Source of the DNA: Chthoniobacteraceae bacterium | GTDB taxonomy: Bacteria > Verrucomicrobiota > Verrucomicrobiia > Chthoniobacterales > Chthoniobacteraceae | Direction of reading: 5' to 3' | Length of the DNA: 64,000 bases | Assembly: GCA_044226525.1 (NCBI GenBank) | Contig: JBGAGV010000006.1 | Coordinates: forward strand, 157,232 to 221,231 | In this document: positions 33,693-43,497 of the stretch, piece by piece | How positions within the stretch are numbered: position 1 is the stretch's first letter | Layout: every line of letters begins with the position of its first letter | Program-made: the position numbers and the translations under genes | Notes under the pieces: generated by a model | What the model was told of the DNA's origin: nothing | The model's database searches: none | What the model saw: the letters and a program-made list of their open reading frames with translations, nothing else

Positions 33693-36600
33693 ATGAAAAA
33701 GCCGACTCCTGTCCGTTCGCGTAAAGCCCGTTCCCGTTCCGTGGAACCTCTCGAGGCCCGTCTTGCCCCGGCGGTGATCGGATTCAGTGTGGCGTCGATC
33801 GATCGCGACACTCCGGCACCGTCGGAAGTGCAGACCGACGCCGTGGGTTTCAAGGTGACCTTCAACAACCCAGGCGGCAATCCCATCACCGGACTCGACG
33901 CGAGCGACTTCGAGGTGGTTACGACCGGCAACCTGAAGGCCGATGCCACGGTGCTCGTTACTGGCACGGTTGATCCGAATGTTTATAACGTCAGCGTCAT
34001 GGGCATCAAAGGCAACGGCTACGTGGGGCTGAACCTGGTGGATGACGGCACGATTTTCACCGACAACTCCGAGACCGGGTTGGGCGGGTCCGGCACGCTG
34101 AATGGCAGCTTTACCGGGGAGACCTATCACGTGGTGCAGACGCACCCGACGGTGACTTCGATCGTCCGCGCGGCCACGAATCCGACGAACAGTTCGTCGG
34201 TGTCGTGGACGGTGACCTTCAGCGAACAGGTGGCGATTGCCGATGTGGGCACGGACGATTTTTCGTTTCCGACCGAAGGGCTCACGTCGCCGACGACCAC
34301 CTCGGTGGTGCCGACGGATGCCGAGGGTAATTATGCGACGACTTACACCGTGACGGCGAGCGGGTATGTGGGGCAGGGATTGATCGCGCTGAACCTCGTG
34401 GACGACGGTTCCATCCACGATCGCGAAGGCAATCCACTTCAGACCGATCCCATCAGCTACAGCAGCGCTTCGCTCGCTGGTTCGGGCTTCAGCCCGGTGG
34501 CGGTGGTGACGGGCGACATCAACGAAGATGGCAAGACTGACATCGTCGCGGCGGATTACAATAGCGGCATGTTGCTGGTGCTGATTGGCGACGGCCAGGG
34601 TGGGTTCACGCAGCAGTCGAACATCATCGTCGGCAGCAATCCGCGCGACATCGCTCTCGCCGACCTGAATGGCGACGGCCATCTGGACATCGCGATCACG
34701 GAGTTTGCCTTCAACCCTGCTAACTCGAGTTTCACGTCGGTGACCGTGATGATGGGGGATGGTCAGGGCGGCTTCGGCGCGCAGCAGCATTACGGTTTTG
34801 CGAATCAGCACCTCGCCATCGCCGTGGGCGATGTGAACGGCGATGGGAAGCCCGATATCGTGCAGACCTCGCAGAGCGGGATCGGCTTCGTGAATGTGCT
34901 GATCGGCAACGGCGACGGGACTTTCCAAAATCCCCAGACCTACGCGACTGGACAGGAGCCGAGAGCGGTGGTTCTGGCGGATCTGGACGGCGACGGTCTC
35001 ACCGACATCGTGACGGCCAATTTCGGGAGCGATAATGTGGGGGTCCTCCGGAACCAGGGAGGCGGACAATTTAGCAGCGCGTTCTTCTCCGTGGGCTTCG
35101 CACCGGCCGATCTCGACGTCGCCGACCTCGATGGCGACGGCAAACTCGACATCGTGACGGCGAACAATTCCGACGGCACCGTGAGCGTGCTGCACAACGC
35201 TTCTTCCAGCGTTGGCTCGATCAGCTTCTCCAGCCATGTGGACTACGATACCGGCACCTCGCCCGGCAGCACCTCGCCCAGCGGAGTGGCGCTGACGGAT
35301 GTGGACGGCGACGGTCGGATCGACATCGTCTCGACCAGCGGCGTGTTTTTCGCAGTGCAAGGCGCACAACCGGAGCAAGGCGCCGTGCTTACCGGCCTCG
35401 TCAGCGTGCTGCACAACGACGGCGCTGGCACCTTCAATGGGACCACGCCCTACGTGATCGGCACCAATGCATTCGACGCGCTGGCGCTTTCGATCGCGGA
35501 CTTCAACGGCGATGGCCGGCCTGACATCGTGACGGTTGGCACGACCCAGCAGGCGGTGATCCCGCCGGAGCAGGGGGCCGAGCAGTTGGGCCTGCCTTTC
35601 GGGGTGGTCGATGTGCTGCTGAACAACGGCCACGGCGACACCAATGGGGAAATCTACACGATCACGGCGCCTGCGGTCGATCTGACCGTGACGAGCGTGA
35701 CCGACACCAAGAACAGTGCGGCACCGGGCGATCTGCTCACTTACACGATCAACTACGGCAACATTGGCTCTGCTGCCACGAACAGCAGCAGTGTCGTGCT
35801 GACGGTGCAGCTCGATCCGAACCTGGACTTCGTCGGCAGCGAGAACACGGGCTGGTCGCTGAATGGCAGCACGCTCACCAAGACGCTCGTGGGCGGTCTG
35901 GCCGCTGGCGCGACGGGCAGCAGCACCTTGAAGCTGCACGTGAAGAGCACGATCGACGGCTTTAGCTCCACGGTTGCGACCACGGCCACCATTTCCGGCG
36001 GTGGCGATGGCAACAGCGAAAATAACTCGGCGTCGGATTACGACCTGCTGACCGGCGTCTCCCACGATCTCACGGTCACCAAGATCGACGATCCCAAGGT
36101 CGCGGTGGAGTTCCGCACGGCGACGTTCCTCATCCACTACGCCAACCTCGGCAATCGCAACCTCACGGATGTGCCGCTCACGGTCACGCTGCCGGCGGGA
36201 AGCTCGATCAACAACGGGTTGAGCGATCCGCGCTTTAGCTCCGGCTTTGGCACGGTGACGGCCTATGTGGATGTGCCCGGCAACAGTGGCGACCAGACCA
36301 TTTCGCTGGTCATCAACGTCGGCTTCAGCTCGGGTGCCGCCGAACTCACCACCACGGCAGCGTTCGACGAGGAAGGCGATAGCAACTCGGCTAACGACTC
36401 AGCCACCGAGGACACGCCGCTCTACCACGGCTACGTGGTCACGGCGCCGGGTGTGGCCATCAAAAAGAAGTATGCGCCTTCGATCCTTCGCGTGTTCGAT
36501 CGATTGAGTGGCGAGGAACTCTTCACCATCAACGCCTACGGCAACTATCGCGACAGCATCCGCGTCGCGCTGGGCGACTTCAACTTCGACGGCATCGACG

Positions 36601-37586
36601 ACATCGTCACCACCACGTCGCGCGGCACCGGCAAGCTCCGTATTTTTGACGGCGCCACGGGCGATCAGCTCATCAACGAATTCGCCGTGTTCGACGGCCG
36701 CCGTGATCGGGGCGCCTTCGTCGCCGTGGGCGACCTGGATGGCTTCGGTCTGCCGGAGATCATCGTCGGTTCCGCGCTGGGCGGCGGCAAGGTGCGCGTT
36801 TACAGCTTCCAGCAGCCGACGGCCCAGCCCGAGGAGGGCGGGAGCCAGCTCCCCCCGCTGCAGATGATCAAGCAGTTCACGCCGTTCGGCGCGCGGTTCA
36901 AGGGCGGCGTCCGCGTCGCGGCTGGCGATGTGGATCGCTTCGGCTTCGGCGAAGCCCTGCCTGAAGACGGCAAAAGCATTCTGAATGACGATATTGTCGT
37001 CGGTCAGGGTTACTACGGCAGCAAGGTGATCGCCTACAACGGCGAGGTCATGTTTTCGTCGCCTGGGCAGGAGAGCAATTTTGAGATTGGCGAGATCAAA
37101 GTCGGTGGTCCGAGATTCCGCGGCGGCGTTTCCGTGGCCTTGGGCGACATCAATGACGACGGCCACGCCGACATCATCACCGGCCGCAATACGGGCCGGC
37201 CTTCCGTGGTCGAAGTCTTCGACGCCCGCAGTCTCTCGACCGATCCGAACACCGCCCGCCATTTTGGGCCGGAGGAAAATCCGCTGCTGAATCCGTTCGA
37301 TACCGACCCCCTGCATCCGAAGAACACCTTCGGCGTGCGCGTGGCCGCAGCCGATGTGAACGGCGACGGCATCGCGGACATCATTGTCAGCGTGGGCATC
37401 AAGAACAAGAGCCTCGTGAAATTCTATGACGGCGACGACTTCGCCAGTGGCACCATCACGGAGATCATGACGCCGGATCCGGAACATGAAGGGCAATTCC
37501 TCCGTCCGCTGACCGCTTACTCGCAGTTCCCGAACGTGGCGCTGTGGATCGCTGGCAGCTCTGGCAATAGCAGCCAGCGTAATTAA
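33693..37586 (+). CDS. Giant secreted FG-GAP (integrin-alpha-like beta-propeller) / VCBS repeat protein with CARDB/DUF11-like modules (~1298 aa)
   Basis: N-terminus is MKKPTPVRSRKARSRSVEPLEARLAPAV... Many FG-GAP-type repeats are present (DLNGDGHLDIAI, DVNGDGKPDIV, DLDGDGLTDIV, DVDGDGRIDIV, DFNGDGRPDIV, DFNFDGIDDIV, DINDDGHADII, DVNGDGIADII). The middle region is CARDB/DUF11-like (DLTVTSV…NIGSA…). Confidence 0.7.
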   Translation: MKKPTPVRSRKARSRSVEPLEARLAPAVIGFSVASIDRDTPAPSEVQTDAVGFKVTFNNPGGNPITGLDASDFEVVTTGNLKADATVLVTGTVDPNVYNVSVMGIKGNGYVGLNLVDDGTIFTDNSETGLGGSGTLNGSFTGETYHVVQTHPTVTSIVRAATNPTNSSSVSWTVTFSEQVAIADVGTDDFSFPTEGLTSPTTTSVVPTDAEGNYATTYTVTASGYVGQGLIALNLVDDGSIHDREGNPLQTDPISYSSASLAGSGFSPVAVVTGDINEDGKTDIVAADYNSGMLLVLIGDGQGGFTQQSNIIVGSNPRDIALADLNGDGHLDIAITEFAFNPANSSFTSVTVMMGDGQGGFGAQQHYGFANQHLAIAVGDVNGDGKPDIVQTSQSGIGFVNVLIGNGDGTFQNPQTYATGQEPRAVVLADLDGDGLTDIVTANFGSDNVGVLRNQGGGQFSSAFFSVGFAPADLDVADLDGDGKLDIVTANNSDGTVSVLHNASSSVGSISFSSHVDYDTGTSPGSTSPSGVALTDVDGDGRIDIVSTSGVFFAVQGAQPEQGAVLTGLVSVLHNDGAGTFNGTTPYVIGTNAFDALALSIADFNGDGRPDIVTVGTTQQAVIPPEQGAEQLGLPFGVVDVLLNNGHGDTNGEIYTITAPAVDLTVTSVTDTKNSAAPGDLLTYTINYGNIGSAATNSSSVVLTVQLDPNLDFVGSENTGWSLNGSTLTKTLVGGLAAGATGSSTLKLHVKSTIDGFSSTVATTATISGGGDGNSENNSASDYDLLTGVSHDLTVTKIDDPKVAVEFRTATFLIHYANLGNRNLTDVPLTVTLPAGSSINNGLSDPRFSSGFGTVTAYVDVPGNSGDQTISLVINVGFSSGAAELTTTAAFDEEGDSNSANDSATEDTPLYHGYVVTAPGVAIKKKYAPSILRVFDRLSGEELFTINAYGNYRDSIRVALGDFNFDGIDDIVTTTSRGTGKLRIFDGATGDQLINEFAVFDGRRDRGAFVAVGDLDGFGLPEIIVGSALGGGKVRVYSFQQPTAQPEEGGSQLPPLQMIKQFTPFGARFKGGVRVAAGDVDRFGFGEALPEDGKSILNDDIVVGQGYYGSKVIAYNGEVMFSSPGQESNFEIGEIKVGGPRFRGGVSVALGDINDDGHADIITGRNTGRPSVVEVFDARSLSTDPNTARHFGPEENPLLNPFDTDPLHPKNTFGVRVAAADVNGDGIADIIVSVGIKNKSLVKFYDGDDFASGTITEIMTPDPEHEGQFLRPLTAYSQFPNVALWIAGSSGNSSQRN

Positions 37587-37624
37587 TCTTCACCTGACGC
37601 TCGTTTTTCCAACCAACCAAGAAA

Positions 37625-38668
37625 ATGACCGATATCCGTAACCTGATTCTGACGACCGCCGTGGCGGTGCTGCTCGCGCCGCTGGCTCGCGCGGGCCAGG
37701 AAATCTCGCCCTCGACCGGGAAGGAGACCAAGGAAGCCAAAGAAACCGCGCCGCTCCGGGAGTTTTTCCCGGATGAACCGCGTAGCCTCACCACCATCGG
37801 CGCGCAGTTCAGCCAGCACGCCACCGGCATCTTCGCCGACTCGATCACCGGCCTCTGGTCGCCGCAGTCGCGCGATGCATTTCTCTTCTTCAACTCCCGC
37901 TATCACTGGGAGGACAACCACGAATACATCAGCAGCATGGGCCTCGGCTTCCGCAAGCTGCTGCCCGATCACGACGTGATCATCGGCGCGAATGCCTACT
38001 GGGATTCGGTGCACGGCCCCAGCGGCAGCGACTTCGACCAGCTCGGTCTCGGTGCGGAAATTCTCACCAAGTGGGTCGATGCCCGTTTTAACTACTACCT
38101 GCCGGACAACGATCAGCCGGTCGTGAAGCGCCACACCTGGGTCTCGGAAGACGACGGCGGTGCCCGCACGCGCGTCTTCGAGCGCCGTGAGGCGGCCTTG
38201 CAGGGCTTCAACGCCGAACTCGGTTTCCTCATCCCGCTGCCCGCGCAGTGCGGCGAATACCGCATCTACGGCGGCTACTACCACTACGACAATCCGTTCG
38301 GCAGCGACTTCGAAGGCTTCAAGGCCCGGCTCGAAGCGCGCGTCCTGCCCGGCCTCATCGCCGACCTCGAATACTGGGACGACGCCGCGCTCATGGGTGG
38401 CCACTGGACCGCGGGCGTGCGCGTGAGCGTGCCGTTCTCGATCTTCAACCTCGCTACCGGACGCAATCCGTTCGAGGGCGCGGCCGAGCAGTTCACGCCG
38501 CGTGGACGCGAGTTCAAGGAACGCCTCAGCGATATGGTCGAGCGTTCACATCGCATCCAGACCGTCACCTCCGGCGACAAGGTCACCGAGGATCATTTCG
38601 AACCCACCTCCGGCATCCGCGTCGTGAATGGCGTGGTTCTCGGAGCCAACGGTCTCCCGCTCGAATAA
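37625..38668 (+). CDS. Putative outer-membrane beta-barrel protein (inverse-autotransporter/invasin beta-domain-like), signal peptide
   Basis: Signal peptide MTDIRNLILTTAVAVLLAPLARA. The body is Tyr/Gly/aromatic-rich with alternating patterns (…RFNYYLPDN…YRIYGGYYHYDNPFG…). It lies 38 nt downstream of the FG-GAP giant. The family assignment is tentative. Confidence 0.45.
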   Translation: MTDIRNLILTTAVAVLLAPLARAGQEISPSTGKETKEAKETAPLREFFPDEPRSLTTIGAQFSQHATGIFADSITGLWSPQSRDAFLFFNSRYHWEDNHEYISSMGLGFRKLLPDHDVIIGANAYWDSVHGPSGSDFDQLGLGAEILTKWVDARFNYYLPDNDQPVVKRHTWVSEDDGGARTRVFERREAALQGFNAELGFLIPLPAQCGEYRIYGGYYHYDNPFGSDFEGFKARLEARVLPGLIADLEYWDDAALMGGHWTAGVRVSVPFSIFNLATGRNPFEGAAEQFTPRGREFKERLSDMVERSHRIQTVTSGDKVTEDHFEPTSGIRVVNGVVLGANGLPLE

Positions 38669-38976
38669 GCGGGGCCGGGGCTGAAAATTTCGGCCCGGCA
38701 TCGCCTCCGGAAAGATTTGTCAGGAATCTCGCGATGACCGCTTGACAGTCTTTTCGGAGTGGCCGATGAGAGGCGCTCGTTCTCCCCATCTCGCCCCCAC
38801 GAGAATCCTCCAGGACGAAAAACGGGCCGGTCGAAGTTTCAATACCTCGACCGGCCCGACTCTTTTCGGGCCATGCAGCTCCGGCGCTCGCCGACCTCGA
38901 CACGGCACGCGCAGCATGGATTGCTCCGTTCAGGAACGGGATGCCCCGCATGCTTGGATCGTGGCCTCTGTGGCCG

Positions 38977-40473
38977 CTACCCCAGATACCCCAGCGCCTC
39001 GAGCCGCTTCTCGATCTCCGCGTTCTCCTGCTTGGTGTAAGTCTGCGCGGGTGCACCCGGCGTGCTCGCCGCCACGGGAGCTGGTTCGCCTGCAAGCCGC
39101 ACCCGACCGTTCATCCGCGCCGGGACCGGCACGCCCAGATGCGTCAGCAGCGTCGGCGCGATATCGAGGATGTCGATGTCCTGCGCCCCCGCAGTCGCCG
39201 GCACTCCCGGCACGACGAGCTGGAAAAACCCGTATTGCGCGTGGTTCGCTTCATCGGGCCCCGTGTCGTTTTCGAAAAGGTGCAGCGCCGGCCAGCCGAG
39301 CGTGCCCACTGCGCGCCAGTGCAGTCCGCCGAAGATCGTGATCAGATCCGGCGCAATTCCTTCCACGCGCGGATACAGCCGCTGCGGCCGGTGCGATTCC
39401 GTGGGAATCTCCGCGCCGCGATCGTCCGTGATCCGCGCCAGCCGATGCGCGATCTCTCCACGCGTGCGCTCATATGCCGCCGGTTCCACGATTCCCTGCG
39501 GTTCGCGTCCGCGCACATTAAGGAAAATGCGCGCGTAATATCCGCCCTCCGCCCACGCCGTCGTGCGCGCCCAATCGACCTCGCATTTCGCCAGCGGCGT
39601 CCCCGGCGCGGGCGGCTCGCTCCTCAGCACGAGCAGCCCTTCCCGCCGCAGCCAGTCGTTCACGCAAATCCCCCCATCGAGGCGTTGCGCGCCGTGATCC
39701 GACACCAGCATCACGATCGTCTCGCGCAGATCGATCAATTCCAGCAGCCGGGCGATCTCGCGATCCAGCGCCACGTAATAATCGTGAATCGCCGCCGTGA
39801 GTTCGTGCCCCGGCTCATGCTTGCGATGCTGCGGGTCCATGTAGTGCCAGAACCCGTGGTGAATCCGGTCGCTTCCCATCTCCACCATTGCAAAAAAATC
39901 CGGCTGCCCGCGTCGCATGAATTCCCGTGCCACCGTGAACCGCCGCCGCGTCATCTCGTGGATATCTGCAAGGATGCGCTTCTTATTCGCGCTGCGAAAA
40001 TCCGGCACGTCGAAAAGGTAATCGTCCCCGCCGAGCCACCTGCGCACCTCGTCCTTCAGCTCCGGCGGATGCGTCCACGCGCTCTCCAGCGACGGCGTCA
40101 TGAAGTCCGCGATCATCGCCCCATTCACGGGGCGCACCGGATACGTCCCCGGCACGCCCAACACCACGCACGATTTGCCCCGCGCGCCGAGGATGTCCCA
40201 CAGCCGCTCCTGCTTCACCCAATCGCTCGTCGCAAATCCCAGCGCCTCGTAGCCATACCCGGTCCGGTTGCGAAACCCATAAATCCCCAGCGACCCCGGA
40301 TCGAGCCCGCTCATCATGCACGACCACGCCGGCACCGTAATCGGCGGCACGCAACTCCGCATCCGCCCCCACGCCCCCAGCGCTCGCAACCGCGCGAACG
40401 TCGGCAGTTCCACCAGCCACCGCTCCACCAGCGTGGGTTCCAGGCAATCGAGGCCGATGATGCAGAGCTTCAT
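38977..40473 (-). CDS. Alkaline-phosphatase-superfamily metalloenzyme (type I phosphodiesterase / nucleotide pyrophosphatase-like)
   Basis: MKLCIIGLDCLEPTLVERWL...VPPITVPAWSCMMSGLDPGSLGIYGF...MLVSDHGAQ are hallmarks of the AlkP-core phosphodiesterase family. The start ATG at 40473..40471 overlaps the stop of the upstream Gly-rich gene. Confidence 0.75.
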   Translation of the reverse strand: MKLCIIGLDCLEPTLVERWLVELPTFARLRALGAWGRMRSCVPPITVPAWSCMMSGLDPGSLGIYGFRNRTGYGYEALGFATSDWVKQERLWDILGARGKSCVVLGVPGTYPVRPVNGAMIADFMTPSLESAWTHPPELKDEVRRWLGGDDYLFDVPDFRSANKKRILADIHEMTRRRFTVAREFMRRGQPDFFAMVEMGSDRIHHGFWHYMDPQHRKHEPGHELTAAIHDYYVALDREIARLLELIDLRETIVMLVSDHGAQRLDGGICVNDWLRREGLLVLRSEPPAPGTPLAKCEVDWARTTAWAEGGYYARIFLNVRGREPQGIVEPAAYERTRGEIAHRLARITDDRGAEIPTESHRPQRLYPRVEGIAPDLITIFGGLHWRAVGTLGWPALHLFENDTGPDEANHAQYGFFQLVVPGVPATAGAQDIDILDIAPTLLTHLGVPVPARMNGRVRLAGEPAPVAASTPGAPAQTYTKQENAEIEKRLEALGYLG

Positions 40474-43256
40474 GAAACCAAAGGAGGCAGAATGACGATA
40501 TCGACAAGCCTGCCTTGTGGTTCTCCCCCTCCCACCACCAACTGCGGCACAAACGGTGCGCCTGCTTCGAGATCCGCATGGATGATCGATCCGCCGATAC
40601 CAAAGCGGCGGGGCCCATCTCCCCCTTCGCCTGCAAAAATCCCGACCGAATTGAGAACCTGACCGGTGATTTTCAGGGTGACATCCGTCACCGTGCCCCC
40701 GTGGCCCCCGACGGCTTTGTAATTGACGTTGCCGCCCGATCCACCGGTGCCGCCCGCGACAGAAAATCGGGTGACGTCGCCGGCGAGGGCCACCTTCAGC
40801 CCGCGCACCGTGCCGCCAGCACCGCCGGCTTTCGTCCATGCACCACTACCACCGGTCCCCGCCACGATTTCGATCGCCGCCGGTTCTCCCGCCGCCAGCA
40901 GAGTGGTGATCGACAGGCTGGAAATGGTGCCTCCGCGACCTCCCGGACTGGCGACGGCCTGATCCTGCTCATAGGGGCCGGATAAATCCCCGTTGCGCAC
41001 TCCGCCGCGACCGCCATGGCCGGCGCTGACCGTAAATGTTTTCACGGCATCGACGGTGAAGCGGAGATTACGGAGGTCTCCGCCGTGACCGGCGCGTGCG
41101 CTGGTTTCGTCCTCCGCATCGGCGCCCTTGCTCGTGGTGAGGCTGATGCCGTCGAACGACGCGCCCGTCACCGTGACATTGGCGATCGATCCACCTGCGC
41201 CCGCTTGCTTCGACCCCTTGCCCCCCTCACCGGTGTAGAGTGACAGCCCGCTGGCGGCGCCTGGGAAATCGAGCGTGAGATCGCTGATTTGACCGCCCTG
41301 GCCTGCCACACCTCCGCTGCCGCCCGTGCCCGTGCTGGCACCGAAACCGTAAAGATGATCGAGCGTCAGGTGAGCGATGTTCCCGGCGCTGCCGCCCGCC
41401 CTGCCTTCCGAGCCCGCTCCCCCGTTTCCGGAGGTGAGATAGACGGAGTCCGGCGTGCTCGCTCCTGCCAGAGCCTGCAACGTAATGTCGTGCACCGAGC
41501 CGCCCTGTCCCCCCCGTGCGCCGACGATTCGCGCATCCCCGCCGTAAGGGTCGCCGCTGTTCCCCAAAATCATGCGGCTGCCTCCGGAGCCTCCCGCGCC
41601 GGCTTGGATCGTCACGTAATTGCTGCCGCTCGAGTCGATCCGAATGTCGCTCACCGATCCGCCCGCGCCACCGGCGGCATTGGTGCCGATTCCCTCGGCC
41701 GAACCGCCATCGCCGGCAGACAGGTAAATGCTGCTCAGGCTGCCTTGAATCTGAACGTCCTGAATGTTCCCGCCGCTGCTGCGCGGGCCGATTCCGCCAC
41801 CTCCGCCGTTCAATCTCAGCCGGGCGTCTTCACCGATCAGTTCGGCGTTTAGATGGAGGATCGATCCTCCTTTCCCGGCGAATCCACCGCTGCGGCCTCC
41901 CACCGCGGACACGAGGTTCACCTTGGTCGCGGTGATCCCGCTCACCGAGCCGCCCTGGCCGGCCTGCAATCCGGTGGAGCCGAAATTTCCGTCCCCGGCG
42001 GTCAGGCTGAGCGAATTCACCTGCTCCAGTGCGCGCACCAGCACTTTCGAGATCGAGCCTCCATCGCCTCCCGGAGTGGGGAAGGGGGCTCGGGCTCCAA
42101 TTTCGCCAAGGTAGAGGTCCGCTCCGAGTCCGCCAGTCCCGGCGGTCACGTAGAGGTCCCGGGCCGATTTGCATAGCACTTGCACGTTCACGACCGATCC
42201 GCCTCGCGCGCCCGCGAGAGCGAAATGATCGAGCGGCACTTCCAGCCCCCCGCTATTGCCGGCCCGGAACAAAAAGCTGTCCAGCGCCGTGTCCGGGCAA
42301 GCGATGATGATATCGCTCACATTCCCTCCGGGACCAGATCGAGTGCGCCCCGCTCCGCCATTCCCCGCCTCGAACGAAGCCCATCCGAAGTCCATAAATC
42401 CGCCGATGAACACATCGGAAATCGATCCGCCGGCTGCCCCCACCCGTGCCAGGGAGTCGGCTCCCGACCCCGCCTTCACGCTCAGTCCATCCTGCTGCCG
42501 GGCGATCTTGACGTGGGAGATCGAACCACCCGCGCCGACCGCGTTGCCGCCAGCCGCGATGACGCGCGCTCCGTGGGAGAGCGTCACCTTGGAAATACTC
42601 GTGTAGCCGAAAGGGGCCGCCCAAAGGTCCCCGAGGCTGAACGTGGTCGTTCCTCCATTCCACGAAAACTCTTCGGAGAAGACCTCCGCCCCGGTGAGGA
42701 TCTTGTCGATGCTCGTCGTTTCCGTGGCCGCGTTCGATTGGATCTCGAGATTGGAGATGCTTCCACTCACCAGCAGATGGCCCTGCACCCTGCCGTGAAT
42801 GGTGAGCCGCGCCACATTGCGCGGGGTGTGCATGAAGTCGCCAATTTCCCGCTCGTTGAGAGCCGTGACGATCGAGCCATGGACATCGGCATTCACCGTC
42901 GCTTTCACCCCGCCGCCCAGGCCCAGCCCTGTCAAATCCCCGGCCCCGAACCCCGCAATGCCATCGATGTCCGTGAGGAACACCGCGACACGTCCCGCCT
43001 CGACCTCGATCATCGTGACCTCTGGGCTGTTTGGGGTCAGCGTGCCGTCCCCATCGAGATCGAGCGCGAGCCGGTCGCCCTTGTTCAAAACCGCCGCGAG
43101 CCCAGACTCTGCAAAACCGGAGAGATCCGAGTTGCTGGCATCCACGAGTCCGCCCACGCTGACCTTATAAATTCCGGTCGGCTGCAGGAGGAACAAGGCG
43201 GGCGCAATCCGGGCTTCCAGCGCCTCGGCAGGCCATGAACGCGAAAAGGGGGGCAT
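40470..43256 (-). CDS. Gly-rich repeat secreted protein (928 aa; parallel-beta-helix-like GGxGG repeats) with N-terminal 'EALEARIAPA' motif
   Basis: MPPFSRSWPAEALEARIAPALFLL... is followed by dozens of degenerate ~20-aa Gly-rich repeats (AGGSISxV, GGxGGxG). ORFs 41289..41852+, 42180..43238+ and others are antisense shadows. Confidence 0.6.
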   Translation of the reverse strand: MPPFSRSWPAEALEARIAPALFLLQPTGIYKVSVGGLVDASNSDLSGFAESGLAAVLNKGDRLALDLDGDGTLTPNSPEVTMIEVEAGRVAVFLTDIDGIAGFGAGDLTGLGLGGGVKATVNADVHGSIVTALNEREIGDFMHTPRNVARLTIHGRVQGHLLVSGSISNLEIQSNAATETTSIDKILTGAEVFSEEFSWNGGTTTFSLGDLWAAPFGYTSISKVTLSHGARVIAAGGNAVGAGGSISHVKIARQQDGLSVKAGSGADSLARVGAAGGSISDVFIGGFMDFGWASFEAGNGGAGRTRSGPGGNVSDIIIACPDTALDSFLFRAGNSGGLEVPLDHFALAGARGGSVVNVQVLCKSARDLYVTAGTGGLGADLYLGEIGARAPFPTPGGDGGSISKVLVRALEQVNSLSLTAGDGNFGSTGLQAGQGGSVSGITATKVNLVSAVGGRSGGFAGKGGSILHLNAELIGEDARLRLNGGGGGIGPRSSGGNIQDVQIQGSLSSIYLSAGDGGSAEGIGTNAAGGAGGSVSDIRIDSSGSNYVTIQAGAGGSGGSRMILGNSGDPYGGDARIVGARGGQGGSVHDITLQALAGASTPDSVYLTSGNGGAGSEGRAGGSAGNIAHLTLDHLYGFGASTGTGGSGGVAGQGGQISDLTLDFPGAASGLSLYTGEGGKGSKQAGAGGSIANVTVTGASFDGISLTTSKGADAEDETSARAGHGGDLRNLRFTVDAVKTFTVSAGHGGRGGVRNGDLSGPYEQDQAVASPGGRGGTISSLSITTLLAAGEPAAIEIVAGTGGSGAWTKAGGAGGTVRGLKVALAGDVTRFSVAGGTGGSGGNVNYKAVGGHGGTVTDVTLKITGQVLNSVGIFAGEGGDGPRRFGIGGSIIHADLEAGAPFVPQLVVGGGEPQGRLVDIVILPPLVS

Positions 43257-43374
43257 GCCTCTTCACCTACCCCGGGGGCGCGCCATGCAGCAAGCGCCAT
43301 CTTCCCTCGCTCTCCCACGACGCGATTTCACTTGGTCCGGCGCCATTTCTGGCCCACTCATCCCAGCCGTTAAC

Positions 43375-43447
43375 GGGGCTGTAGCTCAACGGTTAGAGCA
43401 GGCGACTCATAATCGCTTGGTTGCGGGTTCAAATCCCGCCGGCCCCA
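43375..43447 (+). tRNA. tRNA-Met (anticodon CAU; could alternatively be a lysidine-modified Ile2)
   Basis: ggggctgtagctcaacggttagagcaggcgactCATaatcgcttggttgcgggttcaaatcccgccggcccca has a 7-bp acceptor stem (GGGGCUG/CGGCCCC), a D-loop agctcaacggttagagc, a TΨC arm ggttcaaatcc and discriminator A. It does not have the initiator-type C1 mismatch. Confidence 0.8.
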
Positions 43448-43497
43448 TGCCGCGCTGCGCGCGGAAATTCGAAGCTCGAAATCCGAAATGGGGGGAA

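Noticed and set aside
33684-36137. 817-aa minus-strand ORF
   Set aside because: It is antisense to the FG-GAP giant protein. Its translation is Arg/His/Val-rich with no domains.
43375-43447. Possibility that the tRNA marks an integration site for the nearby accessory genes
   Set aside because: The tRNA lies about 12 kb from the AT-rich island and about 24 kb from the TIR operon. No integrase or direct repeat of the tRNA 3' end was seen nearby, so it is not treated as an att site.
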